This document shows positions 30,631 to 41,700 of a stretch of 64,000 nt of DNA, in pieces. Source of the stretch: a virus (lineage: Duplodnaviria > Caudoviricetes); IMG/VR virus record IMGVR_UViG_3300025416_000002, positions 1 through 64,000 of that record. One strand, 5' to 3'. Every line of letters starts with the position of its first letter. The first letter of the stretch is position 1. Both the position numbers and the translations under genes were made by a program. Under the pieces are notes generated by a model. The model was given only the letters and a program-made list of their open reading frames with translations. It searched no databases and was not told where the DNA came from.

Positions 30631-33374
30631 TGAGTTACAACAAGTCAGGTACTTTTACATACACACCAGACATCAGCTGTGTGATTAACACGATGAACAA
30701 CGGTGTTATTGACGTATCCAATGACATTATTAACTTCTCAGTTACTCGCAACATGAACGCAGTAAGTACTTTTACTGCTACCTTGGCGAACTCAAATCGT
30801 AAGTACAACCGCGTAATTAATACAATGGATCGAGTCACTGTGTTCCTTAAGCGTACACAGTATGTACAGGTATTTACTGGGTATATCACATACGCTCCAA
30901 TTGAGACGTTGGTGCCTACGCCCATTATGATCAACGCATCTTGCACGCTATACCAGCTGCAATCAATCTATTGGGACGACACACTGCTTCAGTACCAGCA
31001 GCTGTTGCTCAACTACATGGACAGCACCGCTTCAAGTAGTGACCAGACATTGAACGATGGTGGTATTTCTCAGGTGATCGTCAACCTATTGACCACTGTA
31101 GCTGGTTGGGATGTCAGCCGACTTCATGTCGCTCCTGTTCCGCAGAAGTTCTTGGAGCTTGCTGCAACCGTAGCTCAGAACCAAGATCTTTACGCGAGTA
31201 CGCTTAACCAAGCTGCCGTTGACAACATCGCAGCCATTGTTGGTATTGACAACATCACTAGTGGTCAAAGCATTTCTTCGCGCAAGTACAAGTACGGAAG
31301 CACCCAGACCGTAAACGACTCATCAGCACCAGATGGTGGTGTGGGCACTGCTTTCTCCGTATCGAGAGCCGTTGCGCTAACCACAGCACCTATCAATGGC
31401 CAGAACAAGAAGTATTTCCCTGGTCCTAATACTCTCAATCCAGTAGATAACAACAAGATCGACCAAGACATTTACTACTGCTCTTTGCCATTCTCGTTTA
31501 TCACTAACACAGATCCTAACATTGTTACCGATGCAAAGGATTGGATTGCTAGCAACCCGTACAATCCCAATGGAAGCAAGTCAAATGGTCGCCTACTTAT
31601 TCTGACCAACGATAAGACGAGCCGTGTTGTAGTCCTACGGGCAACCAGCATCACCCAAAAGGTTGACAAGCAAGGCAACTTAGTCTATCAGAATGGCTAT
31701 GCAGTACCTGACCCATCAGTCAACTACGCACAATGCCACCCAGGTGTAGTCGCCTATCTGAATGGTGATGTCAGCGATCCTACTCAATGGACGGGCAAAG
31801 GCTCTTCCAATATGTCTTTCATTAAGATCGCATGGGTAGACCAGACTCAAGTCTCTTCTCCTGGTCCTCAGAATGTGATCGAGAATTCCACGAAAACCAA
31901 TGCTGACTCTTACTTGGGTATTAACCAGCAGAGCAATGCGAACTCCAACGTACTTACAAGCGTGGCCTCTCAGCTTGTCAGCATCCTGGAAAGCCAGGAA
32001 GGTGCAATGTACTGGGATGGTGCACCGGGTTATGGTAAAGGATTCTCTAGAGAAACTCCGAACAACATCTATACCCATACCGGTGGTTGGTTCGACTGCT
32101 CTAGTTTAATGCAATGGGCTTATCGACAGATCGGTATCCCAATTGGGTCAACCACCTATACACAGTATGGCCTTGGTCCCGACTACCCACCAAACGGCAA
32201 CTCTGTATGCGGTGCATGGATCCCAACCAACCAGATGCCCATCGTCGGTGACCTATTGTTCTGGGACGTACCATCTGACACTGGTGGACAGCCAGGTCAC
32301 GTCATGTGCCTCGTAGAGCCATTTGATCCAGTTACTGGCTGGGGAACGATTATCCAATCGTCAGCTCCAGGAAATCCAGTTGCTCTTGCTCAAATGAACT
32401 GGAAAGAAATGGTCAATGGTGGTAGCCCTAATGGCTGGTATATGACCTACATGGGTGCCCGTAGACCTCTCACGCTTCACCCAGGTTGGGGTCAGACAAC
32501 ACAACAGAACGTTACCGTACCTAGCACGTCATCCACTGCTGACTACAGCACAACTGAGACTTCTACGGTTCTTACGGATACCCAGGGTTGGAACACAATC
32601 TGGACTTCTCCGAACTACAACATTACGGCGTCTACCATCCAGGGTACTCCACAGGCTTTTGCTCTTGATAACCCATTGATGCAAGACCTCGACCAAGTTA
32701 TCCAGGCTGGTTTGAGATCGTACATGAGCGCACCCAATGGCGACTTTGTTGCTTGGTTCCCAGACTGGTACGGCGTCTATGGCATGGACCCAGTAATGGA
32801 AATCTGTGACATCGAGATTATTGACTTCCAGATCTATCACGATGACACTGCACTAGTAACTCACGTAGCCATTATTGGTGACACGTCTGGTATTGGTACG
32901 TCGGTTAACCTAGTTGACTACATCACAACGCAAGGTATCGTTAGTATCCAGGACACGAGTACTATGCAGCTGCTGTTTGGTACTCTGAACAACTACGCCA
33001 CGACTGACCAGCAGAATGCACAGATTGCACTGAACTTCTTGAAGCGATACGGCGTACGACCCATGATGCAGGAGACTTCGGTGCTCCACAGCCACGCACT
33101 CGAGTACTTCTTTGCTCTCCAGCAGTTCATGCAGCAATGGGCCAACCAGTTTGTTAGCACCGTATACCTTACGTTTATGCCTGAGCTTTACCCAGGAATG
33201 AGAATCGTTATCAATATCGACAACGAAACTGGTGGTCAGGATCAGTACCAATTCTACTGCACGTCCGTGACACACAACGGTGACCGTAGTGGAGGATTTA
33301 CAACGCAGGCAACGTTGACTGCACCCATTAAGAATGGAATGGTCATGCACTACGGATTGGACTTTGTATCATGA
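30630..33374 (+). CDS. Baseplate hub protein with an inserted NlpC/P60 peptidase domain
   Basis: Hub-like termini; internal FDCSSLMQWAY...GDLLFW...GHV. Confidence 0.8.
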   Translation: MSYNKSGTFTYTPDISCVINTMNNGVIDVSNDIINFSVTRNMNAVSTFTATLANSNRKYNRVINTMDRVTVFLKRTQYVQVFTGYITYAPIETLVPTPIMINASCTLYQLQSIYWDDTLLQYQQLLLNYMDSTASSSDQTLNDGGISQVIVNLLTTVAGWDVSRLHVAPVPQKFLELAATVAQNQDLYASTLNQAAVDNIAAIVGIDNITSGQSISSRKYKYGSTQTVNDSSAPDGGVGTAFSVSRAVALTTAPINGQNKKYFPGPNTLNPVDNNKIDQDIYYCSLPFSFITNTDPNIVTDAKDWIASNPYNPNGSKSNGRLLILTNDKTSRVVVLRATSITQKVDKQGNLVYQNGYAVPDPSVNYAQCHPGVVAYLNGDVSDPTQWTGKGSSNMSFIKIAWVDQTQVSSPGPQNVIENSTKTNADSYLGINQQSNANSNVLTSVASQLVSILESQEGAMYWDGAPGYGKGFSRETPNNIYTHTGGWFDCSSLMQWAYRQIGIPIGSTTYTQYGLGPDYPPNGNSVCGAWIPTNQMPIVGDLLFWDVPSDTGGQPGHVMCLVEPFDPVTGWGTIIQSSAPGNPVALAQMNWKEMVNGGSPNGWYMTYMGARRPLTLHPGWGQTTQQNVTVPSTSSTADYSTTETSTVLTDTQGWNTIWTSPNYNITASTIQGTPQAFALDNPLMQDLDQVIQAGLRSYMSAPNGDFVAWFPDWYGVYGMDPVMEICDIEIIDFQIYHDDTALVTHVAIIGDTSGIGTSVNLVDYITTQGIVSIQDTSTMQLLFGTLNNYATTDQQNAQIALNFLKRYGVRPMMQETSVLHSHALEYFFALQQFMQQWANQFVSTVYLTFMPELYPGMRIVINIDNETGGQDQYQFYCTSVTHNGDRSGGFTTQATLTAPIKNGMVMHYGLDFVS

Positions 33375-34537
33375 CAATCCACAAGAAGGGTAGAACCCCT
33401 GCCACAAGAGTAGACAACAAGAACGGTGTTCGTAGGGTCGTACTTACCAGTGGCCCACAGCTGCACCCATTGAGCCTGGCTCAGAATGCCTCGAAGAACT
33501 ATTACTGCAATAGCTTCGACATGAACGGATTCCAGATCCAGATCGATCTTCAGGCACTGCCAGCGAATGTTACGATCGATCAGATTCAACCCAACCAGGT
33601 CTGGTGGGTAGAGAAGCGCACATCGTTGTACCGTCTGTATCTATACGGTGGCGTAATGGATCCAGTGACTCGAAAGATCAACAGTACAGAGCCTTTGGTT
33701 CCTTCGATAAGTACTTCCTTAAACAACGTAACGATCAGCGGCAACCTGACTATTAGTGGATCTATTAGCGGCGGAAGCACCGATGCATCATCACTCCGTG
33801 GCATCAACATTTCTACGTTAAGCCCAGGGAACGGCCAGGTTCTTCAGTACAACGCTGCTCAGAATCAATACATTCCGGCCACAGTTAGTGGGGGCGGTTC
33901 TTCCACCACAATACTGGACTCTGCACGTGGAACATTGCCTCCACAATACTGGGGGCCTTCAGGGACAAATGGTCCTTCGTACCAGACTTTTGACCCAATC
34001 ATGGCTGTCTCGCTTTATAACGTAGGCCAAGGTTCAACTGGCCAGACACCTTCTTTGTTGGTTTCTCCCAACATTTGGTGGAATGCTATCTACTTGCCAT
34101 CAGGCATATCGCCAAGCATGATCTACTATGCGATCACCGCTACTGGAACTTCTACGGCCAAACTTTATATGGCGCTTTACAACTCTGTTTCACAAATAGG
34201 CTACACCCCAGCACTTTCTGCAGGGCCGGTTGGCATGGCATCAGGCACTATGACCGCAACAAGTGCAGGCAGCTTGACCAGTATCTCTGGTGGCACTTAC
34301 TGGGTGGCTGTGGTGGCATCAGGAACAGGAACATTCCCTCAGTTGTTCGGCAACGCCGAGTATTCTTTCCCAAGCAACATAATGGGGCCAGCTCTTTCAA
34401 CCAGTAGCAAGCTGACAGTGCCTGCTGAATATATCACCGCGACAACATTGTCCGGTAAATTACCAACTTCGATGACATCAGTCACAACTGGTTTGTCATC
34501 TTCTACTGGTTCTTACTTTTGGTTTGGGGTCTCGTAA
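33371..34537 (+). CDS. Putative baseplate spike with C-terminal head domain
   Basis: Follows the hub gene; N-terminal beta domain, fibre linker GQVLQYN...PATVSGGG, S/T/G-rich tip. Confidence 0.55.
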   Translation: MTIHKKGRTPATRVDNKNGVRRVVLTSGPQLHPLSLAQNASKNYYCNSFDMNGFQIQIDLQALPANVTIDQIQPNQVWWVEKRTSLYRLYLYGGVMDPVTRKINSTEPLVPSISTSLNNVTISGNLTISGSISGGSTDASSLRGINISTLSPGNGQVLQYNAAQNQYIPATVSGGGSSTTILDSARGTLPPQYWGPSGTNGPSYQTFDPIMAVSLYNVGQGSTGQTPSLLVSPNIWWNAIYLPSGISPSMIYYAITATGTSTAKLYMALYNSVSQIGYTPALSAGPVGMASGTMTATSAGSLTSISGGTYWVAVVASGTGTFPQLFGNAEYSFPSNIMGPALSTSSKLTVPAEYITATTLSGKLPTSMTSVTTGLSSSTGSYFWFGVS

Positions 34538-34569
34538 TGTACTACAACCCTTATTTTGCTTAAGATATC

Positions 34570-35031
34570 ATGAAGACTCTTACAGTTAGCAACGGCGATC
34601 TTAATTTGAATGGCGGGAAACTTCAGTTCTCCTATGGTTCAAATAAACTAGCTCAAGACATTGCTCTGTGGCTTCAGGAGCCTCTTGGCACGGGATTTAC
34701 AACTCCAGCTTTTGGCAGTTTGCTACCAGGGATGGTCGGTACGTCTCAGGCCACCAACAGCGCTAGCAGTGTTGAAAACGAAATATTAAGAGTGTTACAG
34801 TTGTACCAGGGTCAGCAGATCATCAACTTGCAGCAGGCCCAGAACTCTGCCCAGCTTTCCATCTGGAACAAGAATGAAATCATTCAAAGCATCGTGTCTG
34901 TCCAAGCCAACGTAGACAGCACAAATGGTACCCAAATAAACGCGAACATCGTCATTCAGACGCTTACTGGGAACCTTGTTAACTTAATCGCATCGATCAA
35001 CAATAACGGAGTTAGTGTCCAAAATGGCTGA
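34570..35031 (+). CDS. Baseplate wedge subunit (gp25-like)
   Basis: 153 aa before baseplate J; LAQDIALWLQEPLG...FGS pattern. Confidence 0.7.
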   Translation: MKTLTVSNGDLNLNGGKLQFSYGSNKLAQDIALWLQEPLGTGFTTPAFGSLLPGMVGTSQATNSASSVENEILRVLQLYQGQQIINLQQAQNSAQLSIWNKNEIIQSIVSVQANVDSTNGTQINANIVIQTLTGNLVNLIASINNNGVSVQNG

Positions 35032-37813
35032 TACATCAGGAGTACTCTCAAGACTGCAGGCTGCCTTATCGACTTTCGACCCTTCATGGGACGTTAGCGT
35101 AGGTAGTGCTACATACAAGATCCTTGAGTCAGTTGCTCAGGAAATTGCCAATTCCAACAATAACTCTACGCTACAGACTTATAGCTATGACATCAATACG
35201 AAGTCTGGCAGTGACCTTGATACGTTCTGTAACCTGTTCGGTGTATACCGCCAGCTTGGTAAGCGGGCCGTGGGCACCGTTACCTTTTACTGCAACACGG
35301 CAACAGCAAACATTGTCAACATCCCTCTTGGTACCCAGGTAGCTGTTCCGGTTGGTGGCAACTACACAGCACCAGTCTATTTCGCCACGACTGCCCCAGC
35401 CATTATCCCAATCGGTGCAACCCAGGTTAACGTGCCTGTTATTGCATCTCTGCCAGGTATCTACGGCAATGTATATGCCAACACCGTTACAGCTTTGGTC
35501 TCTACGCTCAATGGCGTTACCAGTGTTTCCAACCTGAACAACATGACTGGTGGAACTGACCCAGAGAGTGACGCTCAGCTTCGTAGCAGATGGCAGAACT
35601 CTGCTTTCAACAACACGACTGGTACCAACGGTAAGTACATCCTCACCGCTCTGCAGAATCCTAACGTTAGTATTGCCAATGCCATTGGTCTTCAACAGTT
35701 CTACACGGAACAACTCCCTGTTCAGGCAACCATTAGTGGTGGTACGACTAACTACGTAACGTTCCAGATGATCGCATATAGCGGTATGACCAACGTCATC
35801 AGCGGTACCACCTATAGCGGTACCAACGTAGTTACATTCAGCGGATTCCCCGCAAGCACCACAGGTACCACACTGGCAGCTGGTCTTCAGGCAATGATCA
35901 GCGGTGTTGCGCCTCAAAGCTACATTACTGTAACTGCAACCCCTACGGGCAACACCATCTCTGGTGGCCTTAACATCACGCTTGGTGCACCTAGCCCATA
36001 TCGTTTAACAATCGGTAGTGGTTCTGCTATTAACGGAGCTGGTGTAACTTCGAACGGAGCGGTTACCATCAGCGGTACCACATACACCGAATACATGCGA
36101 AGTCTTAATCAGGACATCGGTGCTTCAGGTACACCTACCTACAATGGTACATATAGTGGTTTTGTTTTCCCACAAGGCAATGAGCTTGTCGGTAGCAACA
36201 TCAACACCGCTAGCCAAACTGTTTACACACCGAACTCTGACTACTTCTACAACAGTGGTGGTACGATTACCGTTACCGGGACGTTCTCTCCACAGATCTA
36301 TTTGCAGATTGCTAACCCATCGTTCTACCCAAGCTTGTTCATCGGTAACACCGTTCAGTTGATTTCCGAATACAACCCAGCGTCTAGCCGAGCAGCCACC
36401 ATTACCAGTGGTAACTACGTTGACATCTTTATCAATGGCACCACTGCTGCCGTAGCCACTGAACAATCAGCATTCAACACGGCATTTACGCTCTCCTCAG
36501 GCAACACAAGCAACCGTTTCCAGAACACTCTGAACTACGTTCTCGGTAGTGGCTCTGTGGCTGCTTCAAACACGAACACATCTGGTGACTACTACGTACC
36601 ATTCGATCGTCAGCCGATGATCAACTTCCCTGCGCAGGTTAGCACTGCATCTAGCGGTGTAGCAGACACAGTATTCCTGTATAACGCCGTCTCTAACAGT
36701 GGGTACACATACCCAATTGCCTTGAATAAGTACGGTTACATTAGTGTTACGGGCACTGTAAGTCCGACATCGTTTATGTACTCCTACTCTGCACCGATTG
36801 TTACTGGTGGCACAGTCAGTGGTGGATACAGCTCACCGTACATTGTGTTCAGCGGTACATCTGCGTTTATTTCTGGCAATGCTTTCCCAGGCACTGTCGT
36901 TGTTGTCACTGGTGCATCAAACAACAGTTATAACGGTACTTTCACGGTGGTTAGCGCGACCAACACGACCTTCTCGGTACAGGTTTTGGCAAACCCAGGA
37001 ACTCTTACGGGGAATGCTACAGCATCGCTGGATAACAGCAATGGTGTCACCCTTAGCGGTAGCACCATCTCTGGTGTCAACTTCGTTGCAATCAACAATG
37101 CTAGTTCGTTCCTATACCCAGGACTTGCTTTGTCAAACAGCAACACTGCGACTGGCATCCTGTCGCCTGGACAGAACTACTGGATCCAGAGTGTTTCTAC
37201 CAGTGGTGTCTACCTTAACGCCAATGTCAACAACAGTGGAACCCTGACCACGAGCGGTAAAGCTCTCGTTTACCCACTCTATGACATCACCAACACTAGT
37301 GCTAACAGTGTTTTGTCTATGAACGGCCTTGCTTTTGATGCCACTACGCCACCCTCTGGTTGGCCAACTCTCCCCGCTTCAGGTAGCTCATGGGTACAAT
37401 ACACCCACAACTTCAACAATGATGTTGTAGATGTCGAGTCGTTGATCCAGCAGAGTAGACCAATCGGTGTGAACACCTTGACCCACCAAGCTAGCTACCA
37501 GCCATTGTCGATCGCTTTGAGAATCGTGTTGGCACCTGGATATAGCCTTACAACCGTTCAATCGAACATTACCAACCAGCTCAACCAGTACTTCTCTGGA
37601 TTTAATTTCCTTGCGATCCTGTCCTTTGCTAGCTTGCAATCACAGATCCTCGGCGTATCTGGTGTTGCCAATGCCAAGGTTACTGGCGTAAGCATCGTTG
37701 CGCTTGATGGCACAACGATAAGCACATACACGAACGACTTCGTGCTGGGTAGCAACCAGCTGCCAGTTCTTAGCAACATCAAGTACACAGTCGTAGGAAC
37801 GAGTACGTTCTAA
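35024..37813 (+). CDS. Baseplate J-like protein with large SG-rich insertions
   Basis: LDTFCNLFGVYR...AVGTVTF and GGTDPESDAQLRSR motifs. Confidence 0.85.
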   Translation: MADTSGVLSRLQAALSTFDPSWDVSVGSATYKILESVAQEIANSNNNSTLQTYSYDINTKSGSDLDTFCNLFGVYRQLGKRAVGTVTFYCNTATANIVNIPLGTQVAVPVGGNYTAPVYFATTAPAIIPIGATQVNVPVIASLPGIYGNVYANTVTALVSTLNGVTSVSNLNNMTGGTDPESDAQLRSRWQNSAFNNTTGTNGKYILTALQNPNVSIANAIGLQQFYTEQLPVQATISGGTTNYVTFQMIAYSGMTNVISGTTYSGTNVVTFSGFPASTTGTTLAAGLQAMISGVAPQSYITVTATPTGNTISGGLNITLGAPSPYRLTIGSGSAINGAGVTSNGAVTISGTTYTEYMRSLNQDIGASGTPTYNGTYSGFVFPQGNELVGSNINTASQTVYTPNSDYFYNSGGTITVTGTFSPQIYLQIANPSFYPSLFIGNTVQLISEYNPASSRAATITSGNYVDIFINGTTAAVATEQSAFNTAFTLSSGNTSNRFQNTLNYVLGSGSVAASNTNTSGDYYVPFDRQPMINFPAQVSTASSGVADTVFLYNAVSNSGYTYPIALNKYGYISVTGTVSPTSFMYSYSAPIVTGGTVSGGYSSPYIVFSGTSAFISGNAFPGTVVVVTGASNNSYNGTFTVVSATNTTFSVQVLANPGTLTGNATASLDNSNGVTLSGSTISGVNFVAINNASSFLYPGLALSNSNTATGILSPGQNYWIQSVSTSGVYLNANVNNSGTLTTSGKALVYPLYDITNTSANSVLSMNGLAFDATTPPSGWPTLPASGSSWVQYTHNFNNDVVDVESLIQQSRPIGVNTLTHQASYQPLSIALRIVLAPGYSLTTVQSNITNQLNQYFSGFNFLAILSFASLQSQILGVSGVANAKVTGVSIVALDGTTISTYTNDFVLGSNQLPVLSNIKYTVVGTSTF

Positions 37814-38775
37814 TGTCAGGCAATATGTTCTCGATCTCGCCCAACTCTACGCTGGCGAGCAAGGTTGCTAACTTCCCAGAGGATGTTTATAACTTTAACG
37901 AGGGCGACAACCTTACTAACTTGATGACCATCCTGCTGGGTAACAGCGGTACTGGCCAGCTCAAGAACATTCAGACCGTTGCACGTCTTGGGCAAGAGAT
38001 CATTGAGTACAGCAACCTAGACAACATCCTGGGTCAGATCTTCAACATCCAGCGTACATCATCTGAGATTTACAGTTTTTCTACGAACCCCTTCATTGAT
38101 CAGCTTCAGCAAACTCAGTGGCAAGAGATCGTTCGCAAAGACGCTAGCTACCGAGAGCGTCTCCTTGGTGCTGCCGAAGCTTTCCAGAATGGTGCTACCC
38201 TTTGGGCAATTGTCACTCTATGCGAAGCACTGTCTGGTCTTAAGTTCTATGTAACTGAAAGCTGGAGAACACCTAACTTAGGTAGACAAGCGATCAATCC
38301 TGGCCAAGAGGTTGTGCTCATTCCCATTAGCGACGGTATATACTTCAATTGGGATCAGAGCAAGGCACAGCAAATCCTCAACGTTATCAACAACGTCGTA
38401 GCTTCGAATTTTGTAATCAGTTTTAGTGCAGTAAGAAACACTTTGACGCCAGTTCCTTTGAGCGCAGCAACAGTATCCGGATCTGAACCTGCAGGATACT
38501 CGGAGTATTTCTACCTTCAGCCCACTGTTACTGCCAATGGTATCTACACGCCAGCCAACATCCCACCAGGTGCAGGAACTCGTTACTGGCTAGTCAACAA
38601 CCAGAAGACACCGGCACCTTATTTCTCTCACCTCCAAACACAGGAAGCGGTTATCGACTTGACTGGGAATATTTCTAGCGTTACCTGTACAGATACTAAC
38701 GGCGATGGAGCACCTAGCAATAGCGTTGCCCAGCCCACACTACAAGTTACTGCGACTCTTTACGGTGCACAATAA
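37813..38775 (+). CDS. Baseplate wedge protein
   Basis: Follows J; YRERL...GATLWAI pattern. Confidence 0.65.
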   Translation: MSGNMFSISPNSTLASKVANFPEDVYNFNEGDNLTNLMTILLGNSGTGQLKNIQTVARLGQEIIEYSNLDNILGQIFNIQRTSSEIYSFSTNPFIDQLQQTQWQEIVRKDASYRERLLGAAEAFQNGATLWAIVTLCEALSGLKFYVTESWRTPNLGRQAINPGQEVVLIPISDGIYFNWDQSKAQQILNVINNVVASNFVISFSAVRNTLTPVPLSAATVSGSEPAGYSEYFYLQPTVTANGIYTPANIPPGAGTRYWLVNNQKTPAPYFSHLQTQEAVIDLTGNISSVTCTDTNGDGAPSNSVAQPTLQVTATLYGAQ

Positions 38776-41700
38776 TGTCTATCATTCCTAACAACATCGA
38801 CCCATTACAGGAATATGTTTCTGGTGGCATTTACCCACCACTAACTGTAGATGGCCTTGTCTACAACAAGGTGTATGCACAGACCGGTGTTATCGACGTA
38901 CTGTCTAATACTCAGAAGACTGGTTACACAGACCCAAGCACCAATGTAATTAACGGCAACAACAACAGCATCGTGTTCGGACAGAACCAGGAAACGTCTT
39001 GGATCTCGAGTGCTCAATTCGGTGGCCCTGGAAGCATCTCTGTTGTGCTTACCTACAACTTCAACACCACTTCTTACTATAACTACGTTAGCCTTGACGT
39101 CCTTAACGTTCCATGCTTCGTAGAGCTGGGCTACATTATCAACGGTAATTGGAATGCCCTCCCAGGTGCATCTACGTTTGTGATCAATGGTGGCAACAAC
39201 ATCTACACACAATCTGACTTCTTGCTTCTGCAGTATCAAGCACCATCAACGCAGGGAAGCCCCAATCTATCTGTTCGCATTACGAGAAACCAAAACGTTC
39301 AATCGATCAGCAATGGCATCCCAACCAACATCGCTTATTCAGTCGGTGTACAGAACGTGACTGTACGACTGCAAGTTCTGCAATCCTCCGATGTCCCATC
39401 AGGCGTTTTAAAAAATGCGAGTGGCATCATTACCCAGAATCGACTGGGATTTATTGAGAACTACTCTTACCAGAATTACCCTGTAAGCAATGCTTTCAAT
39501 ACGGGCACCAATTACTGGAAGAGTGCGCCACAACCGACTGCCGACTCTGTTGTTTACTTCTATGCAAAGATCAACGACACTACGGCGACATCGATCAACC
39601 GCCTCTACATTGATCCGCTTTACAGTACAAGCCGTTTCAATATTTACTTTACAACCAACACAACTTCTGGTGGCCTTATTGATCCAGATACGTTTACCTG
39701 GACGCCAATCCAAAGAGACTTCATACTTAGGAAGGGTCTCTACGATCTACCAACTGTAAGCGCCACATATCTTAAGTTCGAGTTCGTACAACTTGTGCCA
39801 GAAGCGTACGACTTGCCAATTGATTCCGTAACGAGAACCATCAACGTGTTCCCAGCTGACGTGGAAGACTACTACTACCAGCTAGAGAGCATGATCCTAG
39901 ACGGGGATTCTACGCAATATTCTTACATTGGCAACAACATCAACCCTCAGACAGCAACGACAACCAGCCTTAACGCTTCCACGCTGTTCGGTCTTTCGTC
40001 CAACACAGTTGCCAATGCTAACACCTGGCCGAGCCTTTCAGCTTTGAATGCTTCTCAGTATGGCAACTCAACAACAGTCGCTCTCAATACGAACTCATAT
40101 ATCATTGACCCAACAATGAGCTACAAGACCATTGACAACAATGGTAATTACAACGGTGTCGCTTACAATCAGTTCCTTCAGCGTCGATTCCCCAACGCAA
40201 GAACGCACGCATACACGCAGATCACACTCGAGCAGAACTGGCATGAAGCTTACTTCACCGGTATTCAGTATCTGACTGCCTTCTACGAGCAACAATACGA
40301 CGACATTCGCAGTACGCCAACGAACCTTTACGCTACGAATGGCACTACGTCTGGATTCAATTCTCAAAATGTCAACTACGTAGGTCTTCAACCAGACGAT
40401 ATCGCAACTACGAGCTGGTACCCAACCATCGATTCATTCAAGAGCTTCAACATTGGCGCTATAACAAGCGACTGGAACAGTTTCTTGAGCGATAGCCAGG
40501 TCTTGATGAATAGCTCATCTGTCCTGCAGAATACTTACAACTGTACAGCGAGCGCGGTAGGTAATTTCGGCAATAGCACTATCGTGTCAGTACAACAACT
40601 TACACATGGTACGCCTTACAACATTAGATCTGGCAGCTACCAGACCTCAACCAATGAGATTTCTTACACCGACGCCAACTTCCTTACCCTAACAAGCTGG
40701 TCAGGTCTTGGTGGCACAACCATCACTGGAACACTTGTCTCATGGGCATCTGGCACCAACAATGGCACGGCAAGTGGACTAAGCGTAAGCGGTGGTACGT
40801 ACTCTGCTGCCTATAACTTCACAATCCCTGGTGTAGTCGCTAGCGGTACAACTCCATGGGAAGTCCAGCTTGCTGTTCCTGCTTATGGTGTAGTGGGTCT
40901 TGGTTCTTACGTGCCATCTATCTCCGGTAACTCCGGAGCAATCAACTACTACTTCTACACTGGTGTACAGGTATCCGGTACTGCTGCTGGAATTTCAAAT
41001 GTTAATGGTTCCATTAGCGGTAGCACGAGATTTGTTAACCCAACTACTGGTGCAGCAATCTCTGGGACCACGGTAACAGGAACAACTGCAAACTTCGTAA
41101 GTGGAACTAGCAGCAACCTAGGCTATGTAACCAGCACAAACTACACGACTAGTGGGTATCCATCTAACACAATCCAGTTCGTCGTTAGCGGTAGTGGTAC
41201 TGGAGCATATGACCTTTACCAACTCGGTGTTTTCCCAACTCCAACGACTCAATGGGTGTCTCCGCAGGACCGTAAGTACATGCGTGTATCGGGTGTTGCG
41301 AGAATCTTCCTGCCATTTACTGACCTGGGTACATACAGAATTAGCTTATTTGCTACTAGCAGTACTGGTGTTCTCACTGAGCTGGTATACAAGCAATTTA
41401 ACCCAGGGTACATTCCCCTCAACACATGGTTCGATGTAGAGCTCGAGACGTTTACCGGAGACAACTACACGCAGTTCTACGTAGAAGTCCAGCAGGTTAA
41501 CGGAACTATCAACGAGGTGTTCTACGTAGCAATGCTTTCGCCGTTCTACCACCCAGTACGTTTTGAGTACACGACGATAAGTGGATCTACGTACCCGAAT
41601 AACTACCAGTTCATCACTGGTCCTATCGGTAACTCAGATTACTTTGTAAGTACCATCTCTGGTTTACCAGCAAGTGGTATCCAGCTGAGAATGACTTCGC

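Noticed and set aside
41209-41439. +1 ORF with a TM-like stretch in the last baseplate gene
   Set aside because: GGAG is only 3 nt from the ATG, no promoter was found, and the codon shift is short
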